DNA of 64,000 bases, taken from the NCBI GenBank assembly GCA_965153455.1, contig OZ234493.1, positions 1,736,001 to 1,800,000 of the forward strand, written 5' to 3'. The DNA is from Sphagnum compactum (lineage: Eukaryota). Position 1 is the stretch's first letter. Every line of letters begins with the position of its first letter. Shown here one piece after another: positions 59,897 through 64,000 of this stretch. The position numbers were made by a program, and so were the translations under genes. The notes beneath the pieces were generated by a model. The model was given only the letters and a program-made list of their open reading frames with translations, was not told the origin of the DNA and did not search any database.

Positions 59897-62639
59897 ATTC
59901 CCTAGATAGAATAAATGTGCACCAAATAACACATTATGCAAGATGGATGATTTGTATGAACATGAAACATTTTTTCCTTTGTATTCTTGTCCCATTTAAA
60001 CTAACCATAATGGTTAGCAATGTATCAACCATTACCTTATTAGCCAGTAAATGTTTTACCTACTTACTTATGGCATGTTGGTACTTACATAACTAACTAA
60101 TGTGAAGTGGAAGTAGGTGGATTTACAAGATAATTACCTTGCCTGCTTATAATGTTCAAAGTTTAGACTAGTTCTTTTATCAATTTTATTTTGAATTGAA
60201 ATTACCTAATGAATTTAAATTATTTTATCATCTCTCATGATTTTATTTGAATTTGACATCAAGGGTAGTGGCATTAAGTGATGTGTTGCTTGTTTACTTA
60301 TTAATTAAAATTTTGGCCTAACACCTTGCACTTGTTGGTTCAAATTTTGACTTGAACCTGCAACCAATATATTGGTGAGTACCAAAGACCTACTATTTGT
60401 CTTCTTTTTTTAATCCTTTTTTCTCGAGTTATCAAATTCATTTTTGCATTCAAATTACCAAACCATGTCACATAGTTCCACAATATATTTTTAATGGTTT
60501 TATTCACACATGATTTTGTTTCAACTTGCCATATTATAAGACAAAGCCATCTATGAAGAACATTTGGTTCCAACTCCAAAAATAAAATTAAAATTGTCTC
60601 AATTTTGGGTCCACACAAATAAGCCTCTTTTGATGAATAAAAAAACTCCCAATGGCCCAATTTGCACTCGTAATAAAAAATTTTCTATCTTCTCGGTGTA
60701 ACTTTCTAAAAATACCAGACATCTTTAACCCTGCAATTATCCTATTTAAATGTCTGGATTGAAAAACAACATTTACAAGATCATGACCATCATGAGTACT
60801 AATGATGCCTCCACTCCATGTGATATGAAAATTATTGGTTTTGGCATAATCTAAAGTTACATCCTTCTTGTTAAATTGGATGAGTAAATGTTGTTTTGGT
60901 GTGATTACCCTTTGGTGTTACTTCACAAGTTCAGGGTCAGGTTGGGGTCCAAATTTTTCCCGTCGTCTATGTGGTTATGATACTAACACTCTTGGTTCAC
61001 CTATAGCTCTAAGCTTTTCAATAGGTATCTCAACAAGTCTTTCAATAAGTGAACTTGGCCCAACAACTCCTAATGTTAGTGATGGGGTTTGTTGCTTATC
61101 TTCTAAAAACTATGTGCTAGGGGAATCATAAGCCTTTCCTAACATTGACATTAGTGTTTTATTTAAAACACTAGTCCTAAAAATACAATATATATATATT
61201 TTATTTCTTTTAAAAAACCTACAACATTTTTTACATCAAGAAAAAAAGTCTCAAGGTTTTAACAAGGTCCAACAAATATGAATTTATTTATGAACGCCTA
61301 TTATTCTTTGTAGACTTTCTATTTACATTCTTTCATATCGTTTGACATGTGCCATTTTCTTTCCCTTTTTTGCATATAATTTTTCTTTGCGAGACTTTTC
61401 AGATTCCAACAAATCCAATTTTAGTTCGTGCTTAAAATTACATGTAAAATCCAAAAGTAAACTTGGGGTCAAATAGAATTACTCATGTTTATGGTATTCA
61501 TGATGCTACTTTATGCATTCAATTATGCACTAAATTTGGCTTGACTTGCCTCTCGTAATTTCCATTGCCACAAGCTAAATTCCCTCAACCATTGTTGTCA
61601 TTTTTGTCCATGATTTGGGAATAAGCAAGTCACCTTGCATATCACGTTCTAAAACAAAATAAATAGTTTAGTCTTTTCTATCAAACTTTTGATAACAAAA
61701 TTCAGTTTCACAACGTATTTAAAACATAGATTCGAATTTCGGTTACAGAACCAAAAGATGTAGATCAAAAGCGGGTTTAGGATCGAAACTATGTATGTTT
61801 ATTACATAGTTATGGAAATATATGTTCTTATTTGCATAAATATTCTTTCACCTTTCTATTTTCTATGTATAACTAATATGCCACACCATTTTCCTACCAT
61901 GGATTTCACACATAGGTTCATTCACAGTTGGGGTAACAAAAAAGGAAAAAAAAACTTGAGGACTTTTTAAACCTTATTTTATAAATAACGTATACATGAA
62001 ACAAATTTACGTGAAAAAAATTGAATAGTCCAATATAAGATAATTCATGTGCTAGTGGTGATTTTTCACATTCATACATAATTTGTATGAATATTTTGGT
62101 TTAATGCCAAAAATGCAAAAAATCCTAGAAAATCCCAAAATGAGTTCTAATGTATAACCAAAAATGTTTTTTGGTAAGATTATTTCCTGCACATGTGATT
62201 TTCATCTAAAGCTAAACATTTTGAATCCATTAAACATAATTGTTTCATCAAATGGTTTGAAAAATGTGTCCTTTGCCTTACAACTCTTTCTTTCAAAATT
62301 TTAAAATTTTGAAATTTTTGTTTAATTTGGTTTTTCATCAAGTTCATCTAATGAACATGTACTTTCATAAAAAAGGGCATGTTTTTGTTGTTAAAAAATT
62401 TGAAATCAAATATATGATTTTATGCATTCCTTTTTATTCCTTTTTTAAAAATGTACTTCAGACATTTGATTACTTTAGTTTACAAAACTCAAAATGACAT
62501 TTACATAATATCCAAATTATTTTAAAATATTTTTATTAATTAAAAAAACATCATTTTATCTAGTGGCATACAACAATCCATTACAATTATAGTATTGTAA
62601 AATAAACAAAAATTCAAAGTTATCTTTTGCAATCTTTTT

Positions 62640-63990
62640 TTAATTAGACACTCCTTTTTGGTACCCCAATCATGAATGGATTCACACACATAACTATGCC
62701 AAAACTTTTCAAGACTAAAATCTTAATTCTTTCACAATTCTATGCCATGGAATTTTGCATTCATCCAACAACTTGTTTTCATTAAGTGAAAGTGTTTCCA
62801 AAAGTCATAAACATTCACTTATACCAACCAAAAAGAAATTGAACAAAACATTTCCTAAAGTCTACACATCACATGGCTCCCAATGTGATTCAACATGCAC
62901 ATTAATGTGACAAAGATTTTTTTCACATGAATTATCATGTGAAAGTCATGCACATTAATTGAAGTTATGATCATATCATAATATTTTTATGAAATATAAC
63001 CATCAAGTAAATTACCAAACTTAACCCATGGGTAATTACATAAGTAATAATCTAATTACATTAAGTTACATGCCCTCATGAAATACATGGTCAAGATAGG
63101 GAGGAAACTAATCAATGATTGACAAACTTTGACCAAGACCATATTAAAGAAATGGGACCCAATCTTGCCTCGAAATCTCAAACCAAATTGGCACAATCTT
63201 TGGTTGAAAATCATAACGAAAAACAATGCATGATTCATCTAGTTCTTATGGCAAAAAAAACTCTTATAATCAACAAATGGAGAGCAAAGGCAAATCCAAG
63301 GATTGAGGTAAGTCGCTATCATGCAATCATAACACATCAAAAACCATTTTAAACATATTTTGAAAATGTGAAAAAATGTGAAAGGCATGGTCATGGGCAT
63401 TCACATTTTTGCATCGATTGAAATTTCCCTCAACACAGAAAGGCAATGGAAAGGCCTACACATGGAACATTGCGTATTTAACAAAAGGTTGTCGAAGAAA
63501 GTTGAATGTTGTTAGTCAACATGGACACTACTCTATGGGGTTACTATTTGGTTGGATTGTGAGGAATGACCTATGTTTCAACAATCGTTGATGGCTTGAC
63601 AAGAAATACAATAGATGTACCGTAACCTAGGGTCAACAAATAATTTTCTTTTTCAAAAAATGATTTTTTAAAACAAAATTGAAATTATAACCTTTGCCCT
63701 CATCTATTATAATAGTATATATGATACGAGGAATGAAATTATTTTAGAATGTAACCTATGATAATTATGATGATTTTCAACATGTCAACATTATTTTTAC
63801 AAATTTTCATTTCACTATTTTGTGGATTATTCAATGAGAAAACAGACCTTAAGGTAAGGTATTTGGGAAGGCCTAGTGGATTATGGTAGGCTAGAGTGGG
63901 CTAGGACCTTGAATGAGATTGCAAGGTCACCACTACTTAGCAAGCCTTCCTTAAGGAATTCAATGAGACTTGGTGCGCACATCATGCTAT
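62640..63990 (+). mobile_element. Degenerate L1-like LINE ORF2 3' fragment
   Basis: zf-RVT-like remnant INKWR...CNHNTSKTILNIF*KCEKM*KAWSWAF (~63270-63410), then WIVRNDLCFNNR (~63553-63588) and IWEGLVDYGRLEW (~63860-63900). Confidence 0.65.
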
Positions 63991-64000
63991 TTGTGCTAGA

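Larger units (their letters stand above)
56900..60620 (+). repeat. Direct segmental duplicate of 15181-16655
   Basis: 56900-57045 matches 15183-15326, and 58960-60620 matches 15325-16655 at very high identity, apart from the 59584-59896 insertion. Confidence 0.92.

Overview
Eukaryotic, AT-rich, transposon-littered plant DNA with spliced GT-AG genes. The Copia PBS type, the TE repertoire and the heavy C->T decay suggest a bryophyte such as Sphagnum (inference). Three genes look intact. (i) A convergent, inverted pair of 4-exon paralogs at 563..2808 (+, about 549 aa) and 10113..12294 (-, about 520 aa). Once spliced by hand, each encodes TWO tandem FPF1/FLP1-like (flowering-promoting factor 1) domains between a repeated Ser/Thr-rich N-terminus and a twice-repeated basic C-terminal module. 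The FPF1-family members I know are ~110-125 aa single-domain proteins, so this is the most novel item here. (ii) One intact 4-exon secreted A1 aspartic protease (nepenthesin/CDR1-like) at 41515..44597 (-), with three dead tandem relatives. The rest is transposable elements: a full-length pogo/CENP-B-type element with TIRs and TA TSD, a Ty1/Copia element with both LTRs and a half-tRNA-Met-type PBS carrying a nested CACTA-like element, a degenerate RLE-type (CRE-like) non-LTR element, a degenerate hAT, an L1 fragment, several MITEs, and a Helitron-like insertion whose empty site is visible in a paralogous segment. All family calls come from by-eye motif recognition; no searches were run.
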